Origin: an uncultured Chloroflexia bacterium
GTDB lineage: Bacteria > Chloroflexota > Anaerolineae > JAAYZQ01
Direction: 5' to 3'
Assembly: GCA_963700285.1 (NCBI GenBank)
Contig: CAVOXA010000010.1
Coordinates: 512,001-576,000, forward strand
Length of the DNA: 64,000 bases
Below the pieces are notes generated by a model that saw nothing but the letters and a program-made list of their open reading frames with translations, was not told the origin of the DNA and searched no databases. Positions 10,196 through 20,187 of the stretch are shown here, piece by piece; the stretch's first letter is position 1, and each line of letters starts with the position of its first letter. The translations under genes and the position numbers were made by a program.

Positions 10196-11473
10196 ATGAC
10201 CAAAGAAACTGCTTTCACCATGACATCAGCCAATATCAAATATGGTCCGGGCGTGACACGCGAGGTGGGCTACGATATGGTACAGCTTGGTGCGACCCGG
10301 GTTATGGTCGTGACCGATCCTTATCTGGCCAATAGCGAGCCGGTGGCCATCGTCCTTAGTGCACTTCGCTCACGGGGACTGGAGGCCGTGTTATTTGATG
10401 GGGTGCGTATCGAGCCTACGGATCTTTCTTTCAACGAGGCCATCCAATTCGCCATTGAGGGAAAGTTTGATGGATATGTGGCTGTGGGTGGCGGTTCCAG
10501 CATGGACACAGCCAAAGTGGCCAACCTGTATGCCACCTACCCGGCTGAGCTTCTGGCCTACGTGAACCCGCCCATCGGCGAGGGGCGCCCAGTTCCCGGC
10601 GCGCTGAAACCACTCATCGCCGTGCCGACCACGGCTGGCACGGGAAGTGAGACGACCGGTGTGGCGATCTTTGACCTATTGGAGATGCACGCCAAGACGG
10701 GCATTGCGCATCGTGCCTTGCGTCCGGTGATGGGTATTGTAGACCCAGAGAACACGCGCACGCTGCCGAGAATGGTGGCTGCCTGCACCGGCTGGGATAT
10801 CCTGTGCCACGCCCTGGAATCCCTCACAGCGCTGCCCTTCAACCGGCGGACGGCTGCGGCGGACCCGGGCCTACGGCCCGCTTACCAGGGGGCCAACCCT
10901 ATCAGCGACATCTGGGCTGCCCGAGCTATTGAAATGGTCGCACACAACATGATACAGGTGCTGGATGACCCAACCAACAACAATGCTCGCGGTATGATGC
11001 TGCTGGCTGCTACCTTTGCCGGCATCGGTTTTGGCAACGCTGGGGTTCATCTACCCCACGGTATGTCGTACCCCGTAGCCGGCATGGTCCGGGGCTATAG
11101 GCCGGAAGGGTATCCGGTAGATCATCCCATGATCCCCCACGGTATGGCCGTCACCCTCAACGCTCCCGCCGTGTTCCGCTTTGCGGCGCAGGCCGATCCG
11201 ATGAAGCACCTATACGCGGCGATGCTCATGGGCGCGGACGTGTCCGATGCGAAACCCGATGAGGCAGGAGATTTGTTGTCCGGTGCCATTGTCGATCTGA
11301 TGCGCCAGACGGGAATGCCCAACGGCCTGAGCGCTGTAGGCTATGGTCCGGATGATGTCAGTGATCTGGTGGCGGGAACGCTGCCCCAGCACCGGGTAAC
11401 CAAACTGTCGCCCCGCCCAGCGGATGCCAGGGATCTTGAGCATCTTTTCCTTGACTCAATGACCTGTTGGTAG
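10196..11473 (+). CDS. Hydroxyacid-oxoacid transhydrogenase (Fe-ADH family, ADHFE1-like)
   Basis: GGGSSMDTAK, PTTAGTGSETT, RPAYQGANP and GFGNAGVHLPHGMSY motifs. Confidence 0.88.
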   Translation: MTKETAFTMTSANIKYGPGVTREVGYDMVQLGATRVMVVTDPYLANSEPVAIVLSALRSRGLEAVLFDGVRIEPTDLSFNEAIQFAIEGKFDGYVAVGGGSSMDTAKVANLYATYPAELLAYVNPPIGEGRPVPGALKPLIAVPTTAGTGSETTGVAIFDLLEMHAKTGIAHRALRPVMGIVDPENTRTLPRMVAACTGWDILCHALESLTALPFNRRTAAADPGLRPAYQGANPISDIWAARAIEMVAHNMIQVLDDPTNNNARGMMLLAATFAGIGFGNAGVHLPHGMSYPVAGMVRGYRPEGYPVDHPMIPHGMAVTLNAPAVFRFAAQADPMKHLYAAMLMGADVSDAKPDEAGDLLSGAIVDLMRQTGMPNGLSAVGYGPDDVSDLVAGTLPQHRVTKLSPRPADARDLEHLFLDSMTCW

Positions 11474-11506
11474 GCTAGCCACGGGCGCAGTTGAGGGACG
11501 AGCCTT

Positions 11507-12700
11507 ATGCCAGAGATGACGACACGCGAACGGTTGATGACAGCCCTACGGGGCGGGGTGCCGGACAGGGTACCCTGTTTCCCGTCCATTATCCGTTGGG
11601 TTCGCTTTCATCACGGCTGCACCTGCCCCCGCCACCAGCTCAAGGTAGCGGAGGAGTTTGGTTTCGACGCGCTGATCAATTATGGCCAGTACACCTGGCA
11701 ATCAGTGAGCAATGACTATGTCTATGCGCCCGGCGGCTACAGCTACTCTGCGACCGGGCTCTATGGGGATCTCCCCCAAGTAGACGTCGAACTGCAGATC
11801 AGGAACGAAGAAAGCTGCGTCTGGTGCGAGCGTACCTTCCGCACGCCAGGTGGCGATCTGCACGACGTCGTCCAGTGGGCCCGGCCCAATGCAGGCTATG
11901 GTGACGGTCCCAATCCCCATCGCATGGAACCCTTGGTCAAGAACCAGGCTGATCTGGAAGCGCTCAGATACCTGTTCCCGGAACCCCGCCAGGACCTTAT
12001 TGACGACATCCCGCTGGTATTAGAGGAGGTCGGGGAGCGGGCGCTGGTCGCCGCGCTGGACTGCACCCACGCTGGCAGTTGGGGCATGGAGTCCCTCGGC
12101 CCTGAGGGCATGCTGATCGCCTCAGTGACCGACCCGGTCCTGCTCCAGAGCGTATGCCGGCTGGCGCAAGACGTCCATCTCAGGAATCTGCAACTGATGC
12201 TGGAACAGGGGATCCAGGTTGTCTACGATAGCTGGTTCCAGTGCGGCCCATCAGTCGGCTGGTCGCCCCAGACCTACCGAGAGATCTTTTGGCCACTGGT
12301 CAAAGAGGCCGTGGACCTGGCGCACCAATACGAGGCCGTCTACATCTACCAGGACGACGGGCGTATGCGCGACATTATCCCCCTGGTCGTAGAAGCGGGC
12401 GTCGACGTTCTGGGCGGACTGCAGCCACCGGATCTGGGCGACGTGGTCTTGAGGGAGACCAAGGAGGCGTATGGGGATCAGGTCGCGCTTTTGGGCGGGC
12501 TGGACCCGGTGTACACCTTTGACCTGGGCACCGTCGAAATCGTACAAGATAAGGTGCGGCAAGCGATTGCTGACGCCGCGGCGGGTGGCGGCTATGTATT
12601 GGGCACCGGCGAAGCAGTCGCCCCCGAGACGCCAGCTAAAAGCCTGCGAGCCGCCGTTGAGGCGGCACAGGCCTATGGGGTCTATGGGCAGGATCTATAA
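11507..12700 (+). CDS. UROD/MtaA-CmuA family protein
   Basis: MTTRERLMTAL..PDRVP, WSPQTYRE, LLGGLDP, GGYVLGTG and ETPAKSL motifs. Confidence 0.85.
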   Translation: MPEMTTRERLMTALRGGVPDRVPCFPSIIRWVRFHHGCTCPRHQLKVAEEFGFDALINYGQYTWQSVSNDYVYAPGGYSYSATGLYGDLPQVDVELQIRNEESCVWCERTFRTPGGDLHDVVQWARPNAGYGDGPNPHRMEPLVKNQADLEALRYLFPEPRQDLIDDIPLVLEEVGERALVAALDCTHAGSWGMESLGPEGMLIASVTDPVLLQSVCRLAQDVHLRNLQLMLEQGIQVVYDSWFQCGPSVGWSPQTYREIFWPLVKEAVDLAHQYEAVYIYQDDGRMRDIIPLVVEAGVDVLGGLQPPDLGDVVLRETKEAYGDQVALLGGLDPVYTFDLGTVEIVQDKVRQAIADAAAGGGYVLGTGEAVAPETPAKSLRAAVEAAQAYGVYGQDL

Positions 12701-12841
12701 CCATCCTCCCGCAGGCTCGGTGCAGAGAGCACTATCATGGAGAAAAGCCAGGAGATTCAAGCAGCGAGCCAGAATTGGGGCCAGTCTGTGGGAGGGTCGC
12801 CGTAGAGGGGACATGTCGCCCAGGAGAATCGGAGCGAGAGC

Positions 12842-13100
12842 ATGACAGCAGAATCAGGAACAGGCGACGAGGTGATCGTTCAGGCCTACACCTTTTGCGC
12901 AACAGCCATCCCTTTCGGCGAGACGGGCGCCCAGATCATCTGGGCCGACATCGATCCCGAGACCTGGACCGTTGATCCCTGGGACATTGAAGAAAAAACC
13001 AGAGCGGATAAAAGCCATCGTGGTGGTGCACATCCTGGGCATGCCGGTGGACATGCCAGCTGTCATGAAAATTACCAAAAAGTACGGGCTGCGGGTCATT
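12842..13100 (+). pseudogene. Internal fragment of a DegT/DnrJ/EryC1 aminotransferase
   Basis: Reads GDEVIVQAYTFCATA...ADIDPETWTVDP, then after a frameshift KAIVVVHILGMPVDM...KYGLRVI. The N-terminus and the PLP-Lys half are missing. Confidence 0.8.
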
Positions 13101-13166
13101 GTGGTTTCTTCGGTGAAAGCGGCGATTTCACACCTGAGGGATAAATAGGTAGGGCAGGATGCAGCG

Positions 13167-14078
13167 ATGAACAGACAGAGGTTGCACAACACCGATCTTG
13201 AGGTTTCGCCCCTTTGCCTGGGGACAATGACCTTTGGTACGCCGGTTGGCGAAAAGCAAGCCGTCAAGTTGACCCGGTGGGCCATCGAGCAAGGGATTAA
13301 CTTTATCGACACCGCCAATATATACGAAGGCTACAACCGTTTCGTGGGGTCGCCTGGTGGCGTGGCAGAGACGATCCTGGGCAGGGCGCTGCGGGGCCAA
13401 AGGCAACAAGTCGTCCTGGCCTCAAAGGTCGGAATGCAAATTGGTCCAGACGATGCGGATGGGGGCTTGGGCCGCGAACACATCCTACGTGAAGTGGATC
13501 GATCGCTGGCTCGGCTGCAATGCGAGTACCTGGATCTCTATTACATGCACGAACCGGATCCAGAGACCAAGCTGGCCGAATCGATCAAGGCATTCGACGA
13601 CCTCATCCAGGCCGGAAAGATCCGTTACTGGGGAGTCTCAAACTTTTCGGCCGGGCAGCTTGGGGAGCTGCTGCGCACGTGCGACGAAAACGTCTGGCGC
13701 CGGCCTGTGGCCGCCCAGCCGCCCTATAGCCTGCTCAATCGCGAGGCGGAGCAGGACCTACTGCCGCTGTGCCACCACGAGCGGATCGCGGTGGTGCCGT
13801 ACCAGGTGCTGCAGGGCGGGTTGCTGACGGGCAAGTACCAGCGCAACGATGTACCGCCACCCGGCTCGCGCAAGGCAGAAAAACCTGATTGGGTCTGGGA
13901 TCTGACCGGCGAGCGGTTTGATCAACTGGAGGGCCTCGAGGCACAGGCGCAGGCGCAAAACCGCACACTGATGGAACATGCCATCAAAGCGGTGCTGAAC
14001 CATCCGGCGGTGGTTTCGGTCATCGTCGGGACCAAGCGCATCGATCAGTTACGGACCCTGATCGAGGTCGTCGCCTAG
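13167..14078 (+). CDS. Aldo/keto reductase
   Basis: LCLGTMTFG, FIDTANIY, LASKVG, LDLYYMH and GKIRYWGVSNF motifs. Confidence 0.92.
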   Translation: MNRQRLHNTDLEVSPLCLGTMTFGTPVGEKQAVKLTRWAIEQGINFIDTANIYEGYNRFVGSPGGVAETILGRALRGQRQQVVLASKVGMQIGPDDADGGLGREHILREVDRSLARLQCEYLDLYYMHEPDPETKLAESIKAFDDLIQAGKIRYWGVSNFSAGQLGELLRTCDENVWRRPVAAQPPYSLLNREAEQDLLPLCHHERIAVVPYQVLQGGLLTGKYQRNDVPPPGSRKAEKPDWVWDLTGERFDQLEGLEAQAQAQNRTLMEHAIKAVLNHPAVVSVIVGTKRIDQLRTLIEVVA

Positions 14079-14128
14079 CCGGCACACGATAGCCAAGAGA
14101 GCAAACGAACCTATGAGGGAGTTGTAGC

Positions 14129-15355
14129 ATGTCCACGAGATCCTGGCGATTCGGTGACGAGGAACTGGGCTATATCAAAGAGGTACTGGATTCCGGTTTT
14201 GGCGCCGCCACGTCCGGGAGCATGAACCAGCGGTTGGAGCGGGCGTTTGCCAAAAGGTTTGGTGTCCGGTACGCCATCACCCACAGCAACGGTACCGCGA
14301 CCATGCACTCTTGCCTGGCAGCGGTGGGAGTAGGACCGGGTGATGAGGTCATTGTCCCAGCACTGACGGTCATTTCTAACGCCTACGTCGTGCTGCACCA
14401 AAATGCTGTCCCTGTTTTCGCCGATATCGACCCCCACACGTTCAACATCGATCCGAAGGACGTGGCCCGGAAAATTACGCCCCGAACCAAAGCCATCATC
14501 CCAGTAGGACTCTATGGCCTGCCGCCCGACCTGGACCCCATCATGGCGCTGGCGGAAGAACACAATCTATACGTCATCGAGGACAACGCCCAGTGCTACT
14601 TGGGAGAGTACAAAGGTCGATTGGCGGGCTCTATCGGCCACATGGCCAGCTTTAGCTTTGAGAACTCGAAACACATGACCACCGGCGACGGGGGCATTGT
14701 GATTACTGATGACGAGGGGCTGGCCAAGAAAATACGCAAGTTCCACGGGATTGGATTCTCGACCATCGAGGCCGACGAAGGTCGCGTCCGGTTGCAGAGG
14801 GACGACTTCCAGAACCCGAATTTTGAGCGGCACGATGGCTTTGGCTGGCAATACCGGCTGCCAGAGGTGGCAGCCGCCATTGGGCTGGCCCAACTGGAGC
14901 GTTTGGACGAATATGTTGCCAGACGGCAGGTCATCGCCGCCATGTACTCAGCAGCCATTCAGGGCTGCGCCTACCTGGTTCCCCAGCAAGTTCCGAATGA
15001 TTATGTAAATTCCTATTATACCTTTGCCATGTTATACGAGGGCCAGGAGTCCATGGGCGTTCCCTGGGTGGATTTTCGCCGCAAGTATATCGAATTGGGA
15101 GGCGATGGCTTTTACGCAGCCTGGCAGGTCACCTACAACGAGCCGGCGGTCAGGGATATGGCCTTTTACGGCAAGGGGTGCCCAGTTCACTGCCCGCTAT
15201 ACGAAGGTCCGAAAGTCGAATGGGGACCAGGCCTTTGTCCCGTCGCGGATCGCCTGCAACCCAAACTGATGCAGCTAAAGACCAACTATGGCAACCTGGA
15301 AGAGGCCGAGCGCAAGGCGGATGCGCTCAGTCGCACCATCGACTACTATGCCTGA
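14129..15355 (+). CDS. DegT/DnrJ/EryC1/StrS family PLP-dependent sugar/cyclitol aminotransferase
   Basis: GPGDEVIVP, VIEDNAQ and SFSFENSKHMTTGDGG (PLP Lys) motifs. Confidence 0.92.
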   Translation: MSTRSWRFGDEELGYIKEVLDSGFGAATSGSMNQRLERAFAKRFGVRYAITHSNGTATMHSCLAAVGVGPGDEVIVPALTVISNAYVVLHQNAVPVFADIDPHTFNIDPKDVARKITPRTKAIIPVGLYGLPPDLDPIMALAEEHNLYVIEDNAQCYLGEYKGRLAGSIGHMASFSFENSKHMTTGDGGIVITDDEGLAKKIRKFHGIGFSTIEADEGRVRLQRDDFQNPNFERHDGFGWQYRLPEVAAAIGLAQLERLDEYVARRQVIAAMYSAAIQGCAYLVPQQVPNDYVNSYYTFAMLYEGQESMGVPWVDFRRKYIELGGDGFYAAWQVTYNEPAVRDMAFYGKGCPVHCPLYEGPKVEWGPGLCPVADRLQPKLMQLKTNYGNLEEAERKADALSRTIDYYA

Positions 15356-15412
15356 CCCTGCGGACCTGCTGTAGGCCAGCTTTGTTAGGCCAATAAAAGA
15401 GGGGGTTGTAGT

Positions 15413-16321
15413 ATGGAATATCGTCGATTAGGAAGATCTGATCTCCATGTGAGTTCCATCGGGCTGGGCTCGGCCACCTTTGGGCGGGAGATCGACCAAG
15501 AAACATCTTTTACCGTTATGGATCGGGCGCTCGAAAGAGGCATCAACCTCATCGATACGGCCGAGGCTTACTCGGCCGGGGGGGCCGAAAAGGTTGTAGG
15601 CCAGTGGCTGGCAGACCGAGGTACCCGCGACCAGGTGGTCCTGGCCACCAAAGTGCACGGCCATCTCGGCCGGGAGCGCGTCCTGTCCTCAGCCGAGGAC
15701 AGCCTGCGCCGCCTCCAGACGGATCAGGTTGACCTGTTCCAGGTGCACAACTGGGACGGCGAAACGCCACTGGAGGAGACGCTAGAGGCCCTGCACTTGC
15801 TGGTAGAGCAGGGCAAAACCCGCTACATCGGCTGCAGCAACTATGCCGCCTGGCAGCTCTGCAAGGCCCTGTGGCGCGAGGACGCAAACGGTTGGGCCCG
15901 TCTGGAGTCTGTGCAGCCCAACTACAACCTGGTCACGCGCAATATCGAGACGGAGCTTCTCCCGCTCTGCGCTGACCAGGACGTTGGCGTAATCACCTAC
16001 AGCCCGTTGGCAGGCGGCTTCCTGACGGGCAAATACCGGGAAGGAGGCGGCATCCCATCGGGTACTCGCATGGATGTCGTGCCCCCGATGCAGGCACTCT
16101 ACTTCCACCAGGCCGGTTTCCGCATTATGGAGGGGCTGCGGGCCAAGGCAGAGGAGCTGGGCACATCGATGGTCCAACTCGGTCTGGCCTGGACCATCGG
16201 CCAGCCGGGCATCACCTCTGTCCTGATCGGCGCCCGCTCCACCGACCAGGTGGATCAGGCTTTTGAGGCTGAGGCGATGGATATATCGCCCGAACTCAGG
16301 GCCGACCTGAGTGCTATGTAA
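15413..16321 (+). CDS. Aldo/keto reductase
   Basis: IDTAEAY, LATKV, DLFQVH, GKTRYIGCSNY and YSPLAGGFLTGKY motifs. Confidence 0.92.
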   Translation: MEYRRLGRSDLHVSSIGLGSATFGREIDQETSFTVMDRALERGINLIDTAEAYSAGGAEKVVGQWLADRGTRDQVVLATKVHGHLGRERVLSSAEDSLRRLQTDQVDLFQVHNWDGETPLEETLEALHLLVEQGKTRYIGCSNYAAWQLCKALWREDANGWARLESVQPNYNLVTRNIETELLPLCADQDVGVITYSPLAGGFLTGKYREGGGIPSGTRMDVVPPMQALYFHQAGFRIMEGLRAKAEELGTSMVQLGLAWTIGQPGITSVLIGARSTDQVDQAFEAEAMDISPELRADLSAM

Positions 16322-16368
16322 TCCCGAAATCTTGGCAAAGGTCGCATCGCCGAACACCAAAAACGCAA

Positions 16369-16397
16369 TTGCGAGGCGACGGATTCTGAGGTACTAT
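16369..16397 (+). promoter_or_regulatory. Possible internal sigma70 promoter
   Basis: TTGCGA-17 nt-TACTAT in an AT-richer gap before the NanA-like gene. Confidence 0.4.
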
Positions 16398-16461
16398 CAA
16401 CGGTTGAACAGCTCTTTGCAAGAATAGCTCAAAATAAACCAAAAAAGACAGGAGAACCACC

Positions 16462-17370
16462 ATGTTAAAGCTTACTGGCGTTATGCCCGCTCTGCTCACT
16501 CCCTTTGACGATGAAGGGGAAGTCAATCTGAGGGTCATCCGCGATCTCGTCGAATTCCACCTGGCAGCCGGCCTTACCGGCTTTTATATCCTCGGCAGCA
16601 CTGGTGAGGGATTGCTGCTCTCTGAAGCGGAACGGCGGTTGGTGACAGAAACCGTCGTCGATCAGGTCAAGGGCCGTGTCCCGGTGGTAGTCCACGTGGG
16701 TACCCTCTCAACCCGGGCCGCTTGCGACCTGGCCAGACACGCCCAGGAGGCAGGGGCCGATGGTACCAGCTCGATACCGCCCTTCTACTTCCGCGTGGGT
16801 GTGGAGGGTGTCAAGGAACACTATAAGGCCATTGGGGCCGCCTCCGGCCTGCCCTTCTACATCTATAACATTCCAGCAACCACCGGCGTCGACGTCACAG
16901 TTGACATCGTGCAGGACCTGATAGCCGAGATGCCCACCCTGCGGGGCATGAAATTCACCTCCTATGACTTTCGCCGGATGCGCCAGATCATCGACCTGGA
17001 CGGAGGACGCCTCAATGTCCTGTCCGGTCCGGACGAGATGATGATTGCCGCCCAGAGCATGGGCGCCGATGGCGCCATCGGCACCACCTACAACGCCCTA
17101 CCGCACACAGCCGTAAGGCTGTACGAGGCATTTCACGCCGGCGACATGGCCACGGCTCAGGCCATGCAGGGCAGGCTCAACTCGGTGATCAACCTCTTCC
17201 TGCAGATATCGTCCATCTCGGCCGTCAAGGAGATCATGCGCCTTATCGGCTTTGACTGCGGATCCGGGCGGAGGCCCTTTGCGCCCCTGACCGACGCGCA
17301 GAAGGGCTGGCTGAAGGAGCAACTGGAGGAAATCGGTTTCTTTGACTTTGCAGAGAGCCGCAGCGACTGA
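16462..17370 (+). CDS. nanA: N-acetylneuraminate lyase-like class I aldolase (DapA family)
   Basis: GSTGE, IYNIP, MKFTS (Schiff-base Lys), SGPDEM and GADGAIGTTYN, all close to NanA signatures. Confidence 0.65.
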   Translation: MLKLTGVMPALLTPFDDEGEVNLRVIRDLVEFHLAAGLTGFYILGSTGEGLLLSEAERRLVTETVVDQVKGRVPVVVHVGTLSTRAACDLARHAQEAGADGTSSIPPFYFRVGVEGVKEHYKAIGAASGLPFYIYNIPATTGVDVTVDIVQDLIAEMPTLRGMKFTSYDFRRMRQIIDLDGGRLNVLSGPDEMMIAAQSMGADGAIGTTYNALPHTAVRLYEAFHAGDMATAQAMQGRLNSVINLFLQISSISAVKEIMRLIGFDCGSGRRPFAPLTDAQKGWLKEQLEEIGFFDFAESRSD

Positions 17371-17396
17371 ATCCGGCTATGGAGGAACAGCACCAC

Positions 17397-17468
17397 ACCC
17401 TCAGTAACGGCGAGGCGCTGAGGGTAGTGACACTTTCGGCTGGGGCGGGGGTGCCCCAGTCGAAAGTG
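17397..17468. other. Two adjacent intergenic hairpins
   Basis: ACCCTCAG..CTGAGGGT, and CACTTTCGGCTGGGGC..GCCCCAGTCGAAAGTG (16-bp stem with one G-U). No U-tract. Confidence 0.6.
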
Positions 17469-17526
17469 GAAGCCGTCCATGATCTCGATATCTATGTCTG
17501 GCCAGGGTGAATGAGGGGTAACAACC

Positions 17527-19218
17527 ATGGACTATGAGCAATTGCAGGCCGACGTCCTCGTCATTGGCGCGGGCGCAGCCGGATGCCGGGCAGCCATCGA
17601 GGCCCACGACCGTGGCGCGGAGGTGGTACTGATGGCCAAGGGCCGGTTCACCCATACAGGCTCGACCTTCTTCCCCCTGACCATCGCCGTAGGCTATACC
17701 TGCGCCCTGCCGGATAGTGACGCCAGCGGCCCGGAGGCGCACTATCGCGAGATCATGGAAGCCGGCCTGGGCATGGCGAGCCCAACGCTGGCCCGTATTC
17801 TGGCCGAGGAAGCGCCAGCCCGGCTGGCCGATCTACTGGACCGCTACCAGATGGCGTTTGAGGAGCAGGATGGCCAGGTACTTTACATCAAACCAGATTT
17901 CGGCAGTGGCGAGATACGGGCCGGTGGGGCAACAGAAGGCGCTATCCGGGAGTCCTTTGGGCGCGAGATCAGGGCGCGGGGCATCCAGGTTCTGGACCAG
18001 ACATCGGCCATCCGCCTCTTGGGTGACCCAAGCGGATGCACAGGCACGATAGCAATGACCCGGAAGGGGGTGCCCATCGTCATCGCGGCCAAGACTACGG
18101 TGCTGGCCACGGGCGGTGGCAGCACAGCTTTCCTTTACCATATGAACACCACGGATCTCACCTTCGATGGCCACGCCATGGCTCTCGAGCTGGGAGCGGA
18201 TCTGGTGAATATGGAATTCTACCAGATGATCCTGGGCCTTACCGGACCCGTCAAGCGTATGTTGATCCCTGAATCCTACCTGGCACTACAGCCCCGCCTG
18301 ACCAATGGCCCAGGAGAGGAGTTCCTGCTGCGCTATCTTCCGGATGGTGTGACCCTGACCGAGTGCCTCAACACCCGCTCTGGAACAGGCCCCTTCCGCT
18401 CCGACGCTGCAGCCAAGTACTTTGACCTGGCCATCTTTGAGGAATTGGGAGCTCGCCGGGGTACAGAAAGCGGCGGCATGCGCGCCGATTTCACGGGCTG
18501 CGATCCAGACCTGGTCCGCTCCGGGAAACTGAACTGGTACTACTGGGCCAAGGAGCGGGGAGTGGACGTCCTGGCCCAGCCGGTGGACATCTCGCCCCAG
18601 GTGCACGCCTTTAATGGCGGAGTGCTCATCGATCCCCAGGCAGAAACCACCGTACCCAATCTGTTTGCCTGCGGAGAGGCGGCAGGCGGCCCGCACGGGG
18701 CCAATCGCATCGGCGGCAACCAGTTCGCCGGCACCCAGGTCTTTGGCGAGCGGGCCGGGCGCTTTGCAGCAGCTCGGGCCTCAGAACTCGACCGGCCGGC
18801 CATCAATCATGACCAGATCGGTGAGTTTGGCGGCAGGCTGTCTATGCTGCGGAGCAGGACCTCGGGATCGGATCCTCAGGTGCTCCAACACGCCATACAA
18901 ACCGCCATGTGGAACGAGATGGGCGTATCCAAAGACGCTGACTCTCTGGCCAGGTGCCTTGACCAACTCAACGCTGTCGAAGATGAAGCGTCGTCGATCT
19001 TCCTACCCCAAGGGCGCGATCTCAGCCTGGCACTGAGCCTACCTCATCTGCTGACCACCGCCAAGATCATTGCCGGGGCCGCTGCTCTCAGGGAAGAGAG
19101 CCGGGGGCCGCACTATCGCGCTGACTTTTCGTCCAGGGATGACGAGCACTTTGGCCGGCCGATCTTTGTCAGGCAGGTGGCCGGCCAACCCGAATTTCAC
19201 ACCGGCCAGCTAAAATAG
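17527..19218 (+). CDS. Succinate dehydrogenase/fumarate reductase/NadB family flavoprotein (orphan)
   Basis: VIGAGAAG, LATGG, HAFNGG, GEAAGGPHGANRIGGN and REESRGPHYRADF motifs. Confidence 0.85.
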   Translation: MDYEQLQADVLVIGAGAAGCRAAIEAHDRGAEVVLMAKGRFTHTGSTFFPLTIAVGYTCALPDSDASGPEAHYREIMEAGLGMASPTLARILAEEAPARLADLLDRYQMAFEEQDGQVLYIKPDFGSGEIRAGGATEGAIRESFGREIRARGIQVLDQTSAIRLLGDPSGCTGTIAMTRKGVPIVIAAKTTVLATGGGSTAFLYHMNTTDLTFDGHAMALELGADLVNMEFYQMILGLTGPVKRMLIPESYLALQPRLTNGPGEEFLLRYLPDGVTLTECLNTRSGTGPFRSDAAAKYFDLAIFEELGARRGTESGGMRADFTGCDPDLVRSGKLNWYYWAKERGVDVLAQPVDISPQVHAFNGGVLIDPQAETTVPNLFACGEAAGGPHGANRIGGNQFAGTQVFGERAGRFAAARASELDRPAINHDQIGEFGGRLSMLRSRTSGSDPQVLQHAIQTAMWNEMGVSKDADSLARCLDQLNAVEDEASSIFLPQGRDLSLALSLPHLLTTAKIIAGAAALREESRGPHYRADFSSRDDEHFGRPIFVRQVAGQPEFHTGQLK

Positions 19219-19235
19219 CCAGGAGGAGGTACCAC

Positions 19236-20142
19236 ATGTTACACTGGGAAGAGCTCAAGGCCCGCATCGCGGGCACCATCGTGCCAATGACAACGCCATT
19301 CACCGACTCGGGGGCAAGTCGATCTGGAAGGGGTGCGGGAGAATACCCGATTCCTCATCGAAAGCGGCATCAAAGTCATCTCGCCGCTGGGCAGTACCGG
19401 CGAGTTCTATACCATGACCCAGGAAGAGCATCAAGCCGTGCTCAAGGCAGTCTGCGAGGAGGCAAAGGGTCGAGCTACCGTCATCGCCGGCGCCGGCCAC
19501 TCGGGGACAAAGATCGCCAGCCAACTGGCTGAGATGGCGCACCAAGCCGGAGCGGATGCTACGCTGATCTGTGTTCCCTACTACCTGTACGATGGCGCAG
19601 AAGGGGTCTACCAGCACTACCGCACCATCGCCCGCGAGAACCCCGGCATCGGTGTAGTCGTCTATGCCAACCGAGAGATCATGAAAGACCTGAGCATTCT
19701 CGAGCGCCTCACCTCGGAGCCAAACATCATCGGGGTAAAGGATGCCTCTGGTGACTATGCGCTTTACCGTGACGAGTGCGTCCGCTTCCGGGATCGTTTG
19801 GCCATCGTCGGCGGCGGGAGCATGCAGCATTATCTGTGGGGCTGGTTGTGGGGCTCGCCGGGCTATTTCTGCAGCGTAGCGAATTTCAAGCCCCAGGTGG
19901 AGCTTGGCTTCACGACTTATCTCAAGGAGGGCAACCTGCAAGCCGCCACCATGATTGTGGAAAGGATCGAGCTGCCATTCTTTGAGATCGCCATCAAACT
20001 GGGTTGGTGGCGTACGCTGAAAGCCACGATGGACATCTATGGTCTGCCAGGGGGCAATTCCCGGTTGCCCAACCGCCGGCTCACCCCGGAGGAACAGGAA
20101 GAGTTGGTCGCCTGGCTGGAAAAGATCGATTTGATGCCGTAG
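19236..20142 (+). CDS. DapA/KDG-dehydratase family protein, one homopolymer frameshift near 19310
   Basis: AGGAGG RBS. PMTTPF (ORF 19236) joins GSTGEF, VYANR and GVKDASGD (ORF 19333). Confidence 0.85.
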
Positions 20143-20150
20143 CGGTTCAA

Positions 20151-20180
20151 GATTGGCATTCCTTCTTAGGAACGCCAATC
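20151..20180. other. Intergenic hairpin
   Basis: GATTGGCATTCCT-TCTT-AGGAACGCCAATC. Confidence 0.55.
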
Positions 20181-20187
20181 CTAACGG

